From Leucoraja ocellata (taxonomy: Eukaryota), in the NCBI GenBank assembly GCA_036785375.1, contig JAWMAR010000076.1, forward strand, positions 8,060,001 to 8,124,000: DNA of 64,000 nucleotides, written 5' to 3'. How positions within the stretch are numbered: the stretch's first letter is position 1; every line of letters begins with the position of its first letter. The position numbers were made by a program, and so were the translations under genes. The notes beneath the pieces were generated by a model that saw only the letters and a list, made by a program, of their open reading frames with translations, had not been told where the DNA came from and searched no databases. Shown here in pieces: positions 11,978 to 26,205 of this stretch.

Positions 11978-12789
11978 GTAAGTAAAGTCCCAAGATGGGT
12001 CGCCCAGTCTGGGTTAGTTTCATCTGCTTTCAAGTTCAATTTACATATTGCAGTGATGTGTATCTAAGATTTTACAGTTGAATATTTCAGTTTAAAATTG
12101 AGATGTTTTGTGTTCTTAGTTGCCTGTGAGAAGGACACTGAAGTGTACTGCTCTGGGATTCCTAGCAAGAATGGATATCAATTTGTTTCACTGCTTTACT
12201 AATCAAGGTTTAGAAGTCATCTGAGGCTGTTCTGATTCATATCTGAGCAAATTATTTGGCTAAAATATCAGAAGATAGGAAAACATGTACATTCGCAACC
12301 CATATGTAAAATAAATGCATTAAACAAATGCAAGAAAGAGTGGAGATTAAACAGGCAGATGTAATGGAGGGAAGAAAAGTAATGAGATATGTGAAGGGGA
12401 TATAATAACAGGAAGAATGTTTATTTTTCATATGTGGTGGAAGTGGACTGGAGCAATTAAATTCTTACTTACTGGCTTTAGGCACATTAATCTGTGCGGA
12501 GTTTATACATTCGCTGTGTGACCATGTGGGAGTGTTTTGGTTTCTTCCTACATCCCCAAAAAAAACACGTTTGTACATTAATTGGCTTTGGTAAAATTGT
12601 AAATTGTCTCTAGTGTGTATGGGGTGATTACTGGTTGGCGTGTACTCAGTGGGCCAAAGGGGTTGGTTCCACGCTGTATCTCTATAGTAAATATTAGTCG
12701 GAACAGCAACAACAAGTGTGCCATAACTTATTTAACTAAACTAGATTAAACTAAAGCATTATCAAAGTATGTGGAGTAACCACAGTCGT

Positions 12790-14185
12790 GCAAGGTCTGT
12801 TCAGTGGTGAGAAGGGTTGTGGTTAGAGTGTACAAATTAATTCAAAAACATGTTGGTTGATTGGATAAAGCTGTTCTTGAACCTGGTGGTAACAGTTCTC
12901 GGGCTCCAGCACCTGCTTCCCGATGATAGCAGTGAGAAGAGAGCGTGGGCTGGATGGTGTGGGTCTTGACAATATTAGCTGTCTTCTTGAGGCAGCGCTT
13001 CCTGTAGTTCCCTTTGATGGTGTGGAGGTCAGTGTCGATGATGGACTGGGCAATATCCACTGCTTATTGTTGCCTCCTTCAATCCTGACCATTTAAATTT
13101 TCGAACAAGGCCATGATGCAACTAGCTAGTAACCTGTCCACTGTACACTTGTGGAGGTTTGATAGAGTATTGGGCAACGTGCCAAATCTCCTCAAACCTC
13201 TGAGGAAGTAGAAGCATTGGCGAGCTTTCTTTGAGATTGCACCAGTGCGCTGGGCTCACGACAGACCATCAGAGATGTGAAAGCCCAGGAACATGAAGCC
13301 TTTAACTCTTTCTCCATTGCCATTCCACCAACATGGACAGGTGCATAGTCCCTCTGCTTTCTCTTCCTGAAGTCAATAACCTGCTTATTTTTCTTGCGGA
13401 TGCTGAGAGCAAAATTCTTGTTCTGATACCATTTTACTAAATTATCGATCTCCCTCCAGTAACCTGATTCAGCGTTAGCCATTACTCATCCAAGGAAGGT
13501 GGTATCATTGGAGAATTTAAAGATGGCTTTGGAGCTGCGTCTGGCTACACAGTCATGGGTATACAGAGGGTAGAGGAGCGGTTTGACACACAGCCTTGAG
13601 GTGCCCCTGTGCTGATGGTCAAGGAGGTGGAGATATTGTTGTCAATACATACTGACTGAGGTCCGCCAAAGGGGAAGTCAAGCAACCAGTTGAATAGGGT
13701 GGAGCAGAGACCCTGATCCCTGAGTTTGGACAGGATTTGAAATTCTTGCTTTGCTTCAGCACACAGAACATAATAGGCATTGACTACAAAACACATGAAT
13801 AAATAAACTGATAAAGTGCAAATAACAAATAATGGGTTATTAATGTTCAGAGTTTTGGCCGAGCCAGGTTTAATAGCCTGATGGCTGTGGGGAAGTAGCT
13901 ATTCCTGAACCTGGTTGTTGCAGTCTTCAGGCTCCTGTAACTTCTACCTGAAGGTAGCAGGGAGACGAGTGTGTGGCCAGGATGGTGTGGGTCTTTGATG
14001 ATACTGCCACCCGTTTTGAGGTAGCGACTTTGATAAATCCCCTCGATGGAAGGAAGGTCAGAGCCGATGATGGACTGGGCAGTGTTTACTACTTTTTAAG
14101 TCTCTTCCTCTCCAGGGCGCTCAAGTTGCCGAACCAAGCCACGATGCAACCGGTCAGCATGCTCTCTACTGTGCACCTGTAGAAG
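12790..14185 (-). mobile_element. Rex/Babar-type LINE fragments
   Basis: ISTGAPQGCV RT motif (ORF 13545-13796) and degenerate 3' region. Confidence 0.7.
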
Positions 14186-17084
14186 TGCAGGATGGAACTG
14201 CAGATGCTGATTTAAATCGAAGATAGACACAAAAAGCTGGAGTAACTCAATGGGTCAGGCAGCATCTCTGAAGAAAAGGAATAGGTGACGTTTTGGGTCG
14301 AGACCCTTCTTCAGATTGAGAGTAAGGGGAATGGGAAACGAGGAATATAGATGGTGATATGGAGTGATGTAGAACTAGGATCAGTCTAACCTATCTGTGC
14401 CGACCAAGATGCCCTATCAAAGCTAGTCACATTTGCCCATGTTTGTTCACATCCCTCAAACCGTTTCCTATATGTGTTTGTCCAAATGCCTTATAAATGT
14501 TGAATTGCACATGACTCAAACACTTCCTCTGTCAGCATGTTCCATGTACAAAACACCACCTACAGGCCCTTCTACTTCCTATTAAATTATTCCCCTCTCA
14601 CTTTAAACCTATGCTCTCTTGTTTTTGATTACCCTCCCCTGGGAAAAAAGACTGTGTGCTTTCATCCTATCTATGTCCCTCACAGTCATGGGGTAAGTCA
14701 TTGTGTGGCCAGACTGTGAAAGATGGAATTTATTGAGGGGAAAATCTGTCAACATATAATTTAGATCCATCAACATCAATGCATTTTATCAAAAGGCTAT
14801 TTTGTGACATTGTTAGCTGGTATATACATTAATTATTTAGGTATCCCTATATCATGCCACTGTTGCCTTTACTCACGACCAACCTCAAACAACTGACTTA
14901 CTTTACTGGATCTTCCAGTGTTTATTCCACAACTCCTTAGCTTCCTTGACTTCCTCCACAGTAAGTACCAATGAGAAATATTAATTTAGGACCTCATACG
15001 CCGCTTAAGAATCCAAGCATAGATGACTACATTGCTCCTTAAATGGACATATTCTCTCCCTCTTTACTCTTTTGCTCTCCATTTACTGTACTTACAGAAT
15101 CTCTTAGGATTCTAATTGACTTACCTGTCAAAGCTATCCCATGTCCTCTTCTTGAACTCTAAATTCCCTTCTTGTGTACTAGTCCTTAAACTCATCAAGA
15201 GTTTTGCTTAATCCCAAACTAACCACAATTCCTGCACATTGTAGGTGTCCCTCTATTCCGTGCCTGTTGATGTCTTTCTGAATTCCTCTGAAACATTCTC
15301 TCATATCTACTTTCACCATTTACTTTAGCAGAACCACTATGCAAAAATAATTACCTTGTAACTCTCCTTTGAACTTTTGCCCTCTCACCCTTAAAGCATT
15401 GTCCTCTAATATTTGATGTTTCCTTCTCAAAAAGGACAATTCATCTACTCTATCTATGCCTCTCATCATTTTATAAACTATTAGGTCAACCCTCAGCCCC
15501 CAATGCCCCAGAGAAAACAAAACCTGATGTCCAACCTCTCCTTATAGCTGATACACAGACAGATCCAGGTGAACCTTTCCTGCTCCTTCACCAAAGCCTC
15601 CTCATCTGTTCTGTAATGGAGCGACCTGAAGTGCACATAATACTAAATGAGGCCTCACTGGCTTTATAAAGCTGCAACATGACTTGTCAACTTTCATACT
15701 CAACACTACGACCAATGAAGGCAAGTCGGTGTGGGTTTAGTATTGTCATGTGTGCTGAGATATAATGAAAGGCTTTGTTTCCAGACAAATCACACTTTCC
15801 ACGAATACACTCCAGTCATACACAAGTACAACAGGTAGTGTAAAGAGAAAATTACCAGAGCACAGCATGATAGCATTACAGTTATAGTCATACTGACCAA
15901 CTGGCCCATGCCAACCAACATGCCCCATCTAAACTAGTGCCACCTGCCTCTGTTTGACCCATATCCCTCCATACATCCTATCCAAGCACCTGTCCAAATG
16001 TTTTTGAAACATTGTGATAATGCCACAGCTACCTCCTCTGGCAGCTCCTACCATACACCTACCACCCTTTGTATAAAAACATTGCCCCTCAGGTTCCTGT
16101 TAAATCTTTCCCACCTCACCTTAAATCTATGTCCTCTGGTTCTTGAAGTTACAGAGAAAAAAATCTTAAGATCGGCAATGAGATAATTTGGAAGATCGGG
16201 CCGACGCCCCAGCTTAAGGGAGTTCTGTTCAGTAGTCTGATAACAGTGGGGAAGAGCTTGTTCCTGAATCTGGTGATATGTGGTTTCAAGCTTTTATATC
16301 TTCTGCCTGAAGAGAGAGGGAAGAAGAGGGAATAACTGGGGTAAAAAAGATCCTTGACTATGTTAGCTGCCTTCCCAAGGCAGCATGAAGTGTAGTTGTA
16401 GTCGATGGGAGAGGGTGGCTGAATTGTGATAAACTGTAATCCACAACTCCACAATATCTTGCCATCTTGGGTAGACGATGCCAAACCAAGCTGTGATGCA
16501 TCTTGCTAGGATGCTTTCCACAATTCCAGCAAATCTTTAATGCAGTGCCAAACATTTGTGTCTCAATAGACACAAAAAGCTGGAATAACTCCGTGGGTCA
16601 AACAGCATCTCTGGAGAAAAGGAATAGGTGATGTTTCGGATCGAGTCCCTTCTTTGGTCGGAAGATGTGTCTCACCCAAAATGTCACCTACTTTTCCATA
16701 AATGCTCCCTGTTACTACAGCTTTTTGTATCTATCTTTGGTGTAAACCAGCATCTGCAGTTTCTTCCAACACCCTTGCGTCTTTATGAGCCTTTTGTCAC
16801 ATTTGGTGCCTCTAAATGCTTTTTACAGACACCAATTGCTCCCTATGGACTGCTCTAACTCATTAACTAATATCTGCAAATGAATAATACAAAAAAAGAC
16901 AAAACCAATGCCCCCAAGTCTATGTAGTTCTGAGCCTATTTGGAGGATGTAATGTTTAATAGTCTGTGGGTGCAGGGAAGAAGCTGTTTCTGAACCTGGA
17001 CATTTACAATTTTCAGGATCTTATATCGTCTTCCTGATGGCAGGAGTGAAATGCACGTGTGGCCAGGGTAGTGATGCTGGCTTT

Positions 17085-18580
17085 ATTTAGATGAAGAGAT
17101 TAAAAGTAACATTAGCAAATTTGCAGATGACACAAAGCTGGGTGGCAGTGTGAACTGTGAGGAGGATGCTATGAGAATGCAGGGTGACTTGGACAGGTTG
17201 GGTGAGTGGGCAGGTGCAGTTTAATGTGAATAAATGTGAGGTTATCCACTTTGGTAGCAAAAACAGGAAGGCAATTACTATCTTAAATGGTGTCAACTTG
17301 GGAAAAGGGGAAGTACAATGGTATCCGGGCGTCCTTGTTCATCAGTCAATTAAAGTAAGCATGCATGTACAGCAGGCAGTGAAGAAAGCGAATGGCATGT
17401 TGGCCTTTATAACAAGAGTTGAATATAGGAGCAAAGAGGTCCTTCTGCCGTTGTGTAGGCCCCTAGTGCGACCACACCTGGAGTATTGTGTGCAGTTTTG
17501 GTCCCCTAATTTGAGGAAGGATATTGTTGTATTGTATTGTATTGTATATCTTTATTGTCATTTCCTGAGTATTCACATACCCAGAGGAAACAAAAAAACG
17601 TTGCTCAACCAGTGTCCATTCAGTGTGCATTAAAAATAAATAGAAATAAAAAATACATATATCATGAACAAATTTAACACTCTACTAAACATTCAACAGG
17701 CGTTCCGATCGGCAGCGGCACAACAGTGGCTCTGCTGCAGTGTGTCCAGGTAGGGGGGTTTGTGCGCGATACTTGGCAGGGGGCAAAGTCCATTTAGCAG
17801 TCTTATAGCCTGTGGGAAGAAGCTGAGGAGCATCCTGCTGGTTTTGCATCTAATGCTCCTGTACCTCTTCCCAGATGGCAGGATGGAGAAAATGTCATGC
17901 GATGGGTGGTAGGGGTCTTTGATGATGGAGATGGCTCTGCTGATACATCTCTTCCTGTATATGTCCAGCAGGAAGGGGAGTGGAGCACCAATAATCCTGC
18001 TGGCGGTCTTCACAATCCTGTCTAGTTGGTGCCGTTCGTACGCCTTGCAGCTCCCGAACCAGGAAGTGATGCCGATATTCTTGCTATTGAGGGAGTGCAG
18101 CGTCGGTTTACAAGGTTAATTCCAAGGATGGTGAGGCTGTCATATGCTGAGAGAATGGAGCGGCTGGGCTTGCATACTCTGGAGTTTAGAAGGATGAGAG
18201 TGGATCTTCTTGAAACATATAACATTATTAAGGGTTTGGACATGCTAGAGGCAGGAAACATGTTCCTTATGTTGGGGGAGTCCAGAACCAGGGGCCACAG
18301 TTTAAGAATAAGGTGTAAGCCATTTAGAATGGAGACGAGGAAACACTTTTTCTCACAGAGAGTTGTGAGTCTGTGCAATCTCTGCCTCAGAGGGTGGTGG
18401 AGGCCAATTCTCTGGATACTTTCAATAGAGAGCTAGATAGGGTGCTAAAGGATAGCAGAGTCAGGCGATATGGGGAGAAGGCAGGAACGGGGTACTGATT
18501 GCGGATGAACAGCCATGATCACATTGTATGGGGGTGCTGGCTCGAAGGATCGAATGGCCTACTCCTGCACCTATTATCTG
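17085..18580 (+). mobile_element. CR1 3' fragment interrupted by a Rex/Babar 3' end (about 17525-18070, minus)
   Basis: ORFs 17184-17633 and 18026-18436 are CR1 RT/C-terminus; insert has (TTGTA)n and GKRYRSI..SFFP. Confidence 0.8.
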
Positions 18581-19077
18581 TTGTCTATTGCCTTTTTGAG
18601 GCAGTAATGCCTGTAAATTCCTTTGATATGGGGAGAACCGACGATGGACTGGGCAGCGTTCACCAGTTTTTGCAATCTTCTTCACTCCTGGGTGTTTGAG
18701 TGGCCGAACCCTGATGCAACCAGTCAATATGCTCTCAACTGGATATCTGTAGAAGTTCAAGAGTTAAAATGGACTTGCAAGTTCCTTTCTCTAACTATTA
18801 TTGCAGTTGTATTTAAGCAATGAGGAACACCGTTATTTCGAAACATGTTGCAAAATATGGATTGTAAGATCTCTGTCTTTAGGTAACTAGGGTGCTAGGG
18901 AAAGTTTAAACATTCTCTAAGTATTGGGGAAATTCAGGAGAAATCGTGGCAGACTATCCACCATTGCGCCCATCAACCAGATTGTTTATTGCAGTGCAGG
19001 ATATGTGTCAAGAGTCAAGAGTGTTTTATTGTCATATGTCCCAGATAGAACAACTTTCTTCATTTCAGCAGCACAAC

Positions 19078-22000
19078 TGCTGTAGATTTGGGAGGAACAA
19101 CAGCAGCAACAGATTAGCAAGAGATACGACTGATTGGCTCTAGCCCAAGTGGGAGGAGAGGGGTGAAAACATTTGAAAACTGAGGAATTTGCTCTGTAAA
19201 TTGGTAAATCAGGCAATTTATCAGTCAATTTAAGCAGGACAGCGCTTTGTGAGCGGCAGTGAGTGAGCGGCCTAGTGAGGGAAGTGCCCTGTGAGAAAAG
19301 TGTGAGTCTTTGGCTCGAGAGTCTTCGGAGAGGAGACCACGCAAAACGCTTGAGAGGTAGAGACCAAAGAAGGAGATGTCAGGCAAGCTGATTCAGTGTG
19401 ATGCTTGCAGTATGTGGGAGGTCAAGGACACCGCTGGTGCCTCTGGCTGCTACAAATGCGAAAAATGCATCCAGGTAGAGCTCCTGAAGGGCCATGTTGG
19501 GGAACTGGAGAAGCAAGTGGATGACCTCCGGTTCGTACGAGAAACGGAGTCGTTCCTCGACAAGTCCTACAGTACGATTGTTACACCTAAGGTACTGGAA
19601 GAGGGAAGGTGGGAGACAGTGAGAAAGGGAGGGAAGCATGGAATGCCAACGTCCCCGGGCGATGTACCTCTTGTAAACAGGTTCATCCGCTTAGAAGCTG
19701 TTGGGACAGAAGACGTGAGCGGCGGACTGGCCTGCGATGCGAATAGGGCTGTTGAGCCAAAACCAAAAAGGCCTAAGGCAGGCAAGGCCATTGTAGTGGG
19801 AGACTCCATCGTGAGAGGTACGGACAGGGGTTTCTGCGGCAACAGACGGGATGCGAGGATGGTGTGCTGCCTTCCCGGTGCCAGGATCCAGGATGTCACG
19901 GACAGAGTGCAGAAAATCCTCAAGGGCGAAGGTGAACATCCGGAAGTGGTAGTGCATGTCGGCACAAACGATGTCGGAAAGAAGGGGATGAATATTCTGC
20001 AGCGTGACTTTAGAGAGCTCGGAAAAATGTTGAAAAGCAGGACCTCCAGGGTTGTTATCTCCGGTTTGCTTCCAGTTCCCCGTGCTGGCGAGAGCAGGAA
20101 CAGGGAGATACGGGACCTGAACGTGTGGCTGAGGAACTGGTGCACGGGGCAGGGATTTAGATTCTTAGATCACTGGGATCTGTTTTGGGGTAAGGGGGAA
20201 CTGTACAAAAGGGACGGATTGCATCTTAACAGGTGTAGGACCAGCATTCTGGCAGGCAGGTTTGCCACTGCTACACGGGTGGCTTTAAACTGAATAAGGG
20301 GGGTGGGGTGTTGAATGGGACAGTGGAGGATGGAGTTAAAGGGAAAGGGTTTCTTAAATGTGTGAGCGTAGAGACCGAAGGGTGTAAAATGAGGGTAGAA
20401 GAAATAGGTAGCAAGGTGAAAAGTAAAAGTGGCAGGCAGACAAAACCAGGGCAAAAATCAAAAAGGGCCACTTTTCAACATAATTGTGTAAGGGGTAAGA
20501 GTGTTGTAAAAACAAGCCTGAAGGCTTTGTGTCTCAATGCAAGGAGCATTTGTAATAAGGTGGATGAGTTGAATGTGCAGATAGCTATTAATGACTATGA
20601 TATAGTTGGGATCACGGAGACATGGCTCCAGGGTGACCAAGGCTGGGAGCTGAACATCCAGGGATATTCAATATTCAGGAGGGATAGACAGAAAGGAAAA
20701 GGAGGTGGGGTAGCGTTACTGATTAGAGAGGGGATTAATGCAATGGAAAGGAAGGACATTAGTTTGAAGGATGTGGAATCGGTATGGGTAGAGCTGCAAA
20801 ACACTAAGGGGCAGAAAACGCTGGTGGGTGTTGTGTACAGGCCACCTAACAGTAGTAGTGAAGTTGGAGATGGTATCAAACAGGAAATTAGAAATGCGTG
20901 AATTAGATTGGGTGAATCAAATTGGCAGGGGTGCTGAGGAAGAGGATTTCTTGGAATGTATGCGGGATAGTTATCTAAATCAACATGTAGAGGAACCAAT
21001 GAGAGAGCAGGCTATTTTAGACTGGGTATTGAGTAATGAGGAAGGGTTAGTTAGCAATCTTGTTGTACGTGCCCCCTTGGGCAAGAGTGACCATAATATG
21101 GTTGAGTTCTTCATTAGGATGGAGAGTGACATTGTTAATTCAGAAACAATGGTTCTGAACTTAAAGAAAGGTAACTTTGAGGGTATGAGACGTGAATTGG
21201 CCAAGATTGACTGGCAATTAATTCTAAAAGGGTTGACGGTGGATATGCAATGGAAGACATTTAAAGACTGCATGGATGAACTACAAAAATTGTTCATCCC
21301 AGTTTGGCAAAAGAATAAATCAGTGAAGGTAGTACATCCATGGATAACAAGGGAAATCAGGGATAGTATCAAAGCGAAGGATGATGCGTACAAATTAGCC
21401 AGAAAAAGCAGCATACCAGAGGACTGGGAGAAATTCAAAGACCAGCAGAGGAGGACAAAGGGCTTAATTAGGAAAGGAAAAATAGATTATGAAAGAAAAC
21501 TGGCAGGGAACATAAAAACTGACTGCAAAAGTTTTTATAGATATGTGAAAAGAAAGAGATTAGTTAAAACAAATGTAGGTCCCTTGCAGTCAGAAACAGG
21601 GGAGTTGATCATGGGGAACAAGGATATGGCGGACCAATTGAATAACTACTTTGGTTCCGTCTTCACTAAGGAAGACATAAATAATTTGCCGGAAGTAGCA
21701 GGGGACCGCGGGTCAAAGGAGTTGGAGGAATTGAGTGAAATCCAGGTTAGCCGGGAAGTGGTGTTGGGTAAATTGAATGGATTAAAGGCTGATAAATCCC
21801 CAGGGCCAGATAGGCTGCATCCCAGACTACTTAAGGAAGTAGCTCCAGAAATAGTGGATGCATTAGTAATAATCTTTCAAAACTCTTTAGATTCTGGAGT
21901 AGTTCCTGAAGATTGGCGGGTAGCAAACGTAACCCCACTTTTTAAGAAGGGAGGGAGAGAGAAAATGGGGAATTACAGACCAGTTAGTCTAACATCGGTA

Positions 22001-23379
22001 GTGGGGAAACTGCTAGACTCAGTTATTAAAGATGGGATAGCAGCACATTTGGAAAGTGGTGAAATCATTGGACAAAGTCAGCATGGATTTACGAAAGGTA
22101 AATCATGTCTGACGAATCTTATAGAATTTTTCGAGGATGTAACTAGTAGCGTGGATAGGGGAGAACCAGTGGATGTGGTGTAACTGGACTTCCAGAAGGC
22201 TTTCGACAAGGTCCCACATAAGAGATTAGTATACAAACTTAAAGCACAAGGCATTGGGGGTTCAGTATTGATGTGGATAGAGAACTGGCTGGCAAACAGG
22301 AAGCAAAGAGTAGGAGTAAACGGGTCCTTTTCACAATGGCAGGCAGTGACTAGTGGGGTACCCCAAGGCTCAGTACTGGGACCCCAGCTATTTACAATAT
22401 ATATTAATGATCTGGATGAGGGAATTGAAGGCAATATCTCCAAGTTTGCGGATGACACTAAGCTGGGGGGCAGTGTTAGCTGTGAGGAGGATGCTAGGAG
22501 ACTGCAGGGTGACTTGGATAGGCTGGGTAAGTGGGCAAATGTTTGGCAGATGCAGTATAATGTGGATAAATGTGAGGTTATCCATTTTGGTGGCAAAAAC
22601 AGGAAAGCAGACTATTATCTAAATGGTGGCCGATTGGGAAAGGGGGAGATGCAGCGAGACCTGGGTGTCATGGTACACCAGTCATTGAAGGTAGGCATGC
22701 AGGTGCAGCAGGCAGTAAAGAAAGCGAATGGTATGTTAGCTTTCATTGCAAAAGGATTTGAGTATAGGAGCAGAGATGTTCTACTGCAGTTGTACAGGGT
22801 CTTGGTGAGACCACACCTGGAGTATTGCGTACAGTTTTGGTCTCCAAATCTGAGGAAGGACATTATTGCCATAGAGGGAGTGCAGAGACGGTTCACCAGA
22901 CTGATTCCTGGGATGTCAGGACTGTCTTATGAAGAAAGACTGGATAGACTTGGTTTATACTCTCTAGAATTTAGAAGATTGAGAGGGGATCTTATAGAAA
23001 CTTACAAAATTCTTAAGGGGTTGGACAGGCTAGATGCAGGAAGATTGTTCCCGATGTTAGGGAATTCCAGGAAAAGGGGTCACAGCTTAAGGATAAAGGG
23101 GAAATCCTTTAAAACCGAGATGAGAAGAACTTTTTTCACGCAGAGAGTGGTGAATCTCTGGAACTCTCTGCCACAGAGGGTAGTTGAGGCCAGTTCATTG
23201 GCTATATTTAAGAGGGAGTTAGATGTGGCCCTTGTGGCTAAGGGGATCAGGGGGTATGGAGAGAAGGCAGGTACGGGATACTGAGTTGGATGATCAGCCA
23301 TGATCATATTGAATGCGGTGCTGGCTCGAAGGGCCGAATGGCCTACTCCTGCACCTAATTTCTATGTTTCTATGTTTCT
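19078..23379 (+). mobile_element. Near full-length young CR1 LINE (intact ORF1 19376-20293; ORF2 broken by a deletion near 20900 and TAA at 22181)
   Basis: ORF1 zinc finger + GDSIVRG/GTND/DGLH esterase; EN and RT motifs ([14 protein letters not shown]); (TTCTATGT)n tail; ACAAC duplicated at 19073-19077 and 23380-23384. Confidence 0.97.
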
Positions 23380-23590
23380 ACAACAGAATATGTAAACAAA
23401 GTATACTGTAAACAAAATAATAAACGAGAAAAAAAGGTTCAGTGCGTGTATATGTACATATATATCTGATGAAGGATCTCGACCTGAAACATCGCATCTG
23501 AAGAAGGGGCTCGATCTGAAAATTCACCCATTCCTTCTCTCCAGAGAGGCTGCTTGCCCCACTGAGTTACTCCAGCTTTTTGTTTCTTTA

Positions 23591-23787
23591 NNNNNNNNNN
23601 NNNNNNNNNNNNNNNNNNNNNNNNNNNNNNNNNNNNNNNNNNNNNNNNNNNNNNNNNNNNNNNNNNNNNNNNNNNNNNNNNNNNNNNNNNNNNNNNNNNN
23701 NNNNNNNNNNNNNNNNNNNNNNNNNNNNNNNNNNNNNNNNNNNNNNNNNNNNNNNNNNNNNNNNNNNNNNNNNNNNNNNNNNNNNNN
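23591..23787. other. Assembly gap (197 N)
   Basis: Run of N. Confidence 1.
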
Positions 23788-23957
23788 ATAGTGCAAAAAA
23801 ACAAAACCAATTCCCCCAGGTCTATGTAGTTCAGAGCTTATTTGGAGGGTGTAGTGTTTAATAGTCTGATAGCTGTCGGAAAGAAACTGCTCCTGAACCT
23901 GGACCTCATGGATACAGCAAGATTTGGATCAGTCTGATAATTTGGCAGAGGCATGAT

Positions 23958-25030
23958 AGCAAAGAGCAGGAGTAAACGGGTCCTTTTCACAATGGCAGGC
24001 AGTGACTAGTGGGGTACCGCAAGGCTCAGTGCTGGGACCCCAGCTATTTACAATATATATTAATGATCTGGATGAGGGAATTGAAGGCAATATCTCCAAG
24101 TTTGCGGATGACACTAAGCTGGGGGGCAGTGTTAGCTGTGAGGAGGATGCTAGGAGACTGCAAGGTGACTTGGATAGGCTGGGTGAGTGGGCAAATGTTT
24201 GGCAGATGCAGTATAATGTGGATAAATGTGAGGTTATCCATTTTGGTGGCAAAAACGGGAAAGCAGACTATTATCTAAATGGTGGCCGATTGGGAAAGGG
24301 GGAGATGCAGCGAGACCTGGGTGTCATGGTACACCAGTCATTGAAGGTAGGCATGCAGGTGCAGCAGGCAGTAAAGAAAGTGAATGGTATGTTAGCTTTC
24401 ATTGCAAAAGGATTTGAGTATAGGAGCAGGGAGGTTCTACTGCAGTTGTACAGGGTCTTGGTGAGACCACACCTGGAGTATTGCGTACAGTTTTGGTCTC
24501 CAAATCTGAGGAAGGACATTATTGCCATAGAGGGAGTGCAGAGACGGTTCACCAGACTGATTCCTGGGATGTCAGAACTGTCTTATAAAGAAAGACTGGA
24601 TAGACTTGGTTTATATTCTCTAGAATTTAGGAGATTGAGAGGGGATCTTATAGAAACTTACAAAATTCTTAAGGGGTTGGACAGGCTAGATGCAGGAAGA
24701 TTGTTCCCGATGTTAGGGAAGTCCAGGACAAGGGGTCACAGCTTAAGGATAAGGGGGAAATCCTTTAAAACCGAGATGAGAAGAACTTTTTTCACACAGA
24801 GAGTGGTGAATCTCTGGAACTCTCTGCCACAGAGGGTAGTTGAGGCCAGTTCATTGGCTATATTTAAGAGGGAGTTAGATGTGGCCCTTGTGGCTAAGGG
24901 GATCAGGGGGTATGGAGAGAAGGCAGGTACGGGATACTGAGTTGGATGATCAGCCATGATCATATTGAATGGCGGTGCAGGCTCGAAGGGCCGAATGGCC
25001 TACTCCTGCACCTAATTTCTATGTTTCTAT
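23958..25030 (+). mobile_element. 5'-truncated young CR1 copy
   Basis: ORF 24002-24940 almost identical to 22268-23284. Confidence 0.97.
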
Positions 25031-25334
25031 AGATGGAGTTCAATACAGAGAAGTGTATGATGCTGCACTTCAGAGGTCAAATGTAACAGGAACAAATAAA
25101 GTAAATGGCAGAGAAAGACACAAGGTGTTGGAGTAACTCAGCTGATCACGCAGCATCTCTGGAGAAAAAGGATGGGTGACGTTTAAGTTGGGACACTTCT
25201 TCAGATTGAAAGTAGGACTAAAAGAGGATCATTAATGTACAGAGGATTCTTGGGGTCCAAGTCCATAGCTCCCTGAAGGTGGCAACACAGTGAGTAGGTG
25301 GTAAAAAAGTTGTACGGTATACAGATAGAGAGCT

Positions 25335-26205
25335 TAGTAACATCCTAACTATACTTACCAGCGATCGCCTGCTGTAAAGCCAGGTACTTTTGTACCACGT
25401 CCAGGAGTAGGATCTGATCATGATTGTTTATTATTTATAGAAGCCACTTCTGCTCTCCGGCTGGATTTACACAATCATCCGATTGATAATCCTGACTTGG
25501 TCCGATTTACTGATGGCTCTTCAAACCGACCTAGCGATAACAGATTATCAGCAAGCTATGCGGTGATTGCTCCCCACCAAGTGCTGGAGGCATATGCTTT
25601 ACCATCTGGAACGTCTGCTCAAAAAGCTGAGCTGTATGCCCTGGCTCGTGTGTGCATATTGGCAAAAGATGCTAATATCGACACCAATTCTCGCTCTGCA
25701 TTTGGGGTTGTACATGACTTTGGGCAGTTATGGGAAAATAGAGGATTCATCACATTAACGGGAAAGACCATTACGCATGATAAACTGGTTTTAGATTTTA
25801 CTGGATACGATCCAATTGCCACAGCAGATCACAGTCATTAAATGCGAGGCTTATACATCGTCGGACGATGATGTATCCAATGGAAACAGGTCAGCTGATT
25901 ATGTCACCAAACAGGTTGCCCTCAGGAAAACGCCGCAATTCCAATCAACTAAAATTGAGTCTGCTGCACAAGGAAAGCTCCCGGTTAGCATTGATCTGGC
26001 CCAGTTACCGGATGCCCAGAGCCTAGCATCACTCCAGGAAAATAATTCCAGGAGCAAAGCAGCAAGACCCTATTGTCTGGGTCCACCCTGATGGCTCACA
26101 TCATGGAAAAGGGGGGGGATGACATTCGCATTGTTCCAATAATGATATGCACCAGGTATAACAGTTGCAAAAACATGTCTGATGTGTCAACAAAATAATT
26201 CCTGG
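25335..26205 (+). mobile_element. Endogenous retrovirus pol fragment (RNase H + start of integrase), class I/epsilon-like
   Basis: FTDGSS..SAQKAELYAL..SRSAFGVVHDFGQLW..RGF; GNRSAD; later CLMCQQNN; frameshifted. Confidence 0.8.

Noticed and set aside
19567-23307. Numerous antisense/alternate-frame ORFs over CR1 copies
   Set aside because: Shadow ORFs of LINE coding sequence, repeated in each copy.
23439-23861. ORFs spanning X runs
   Set aside because: Artefacts of the N gap.
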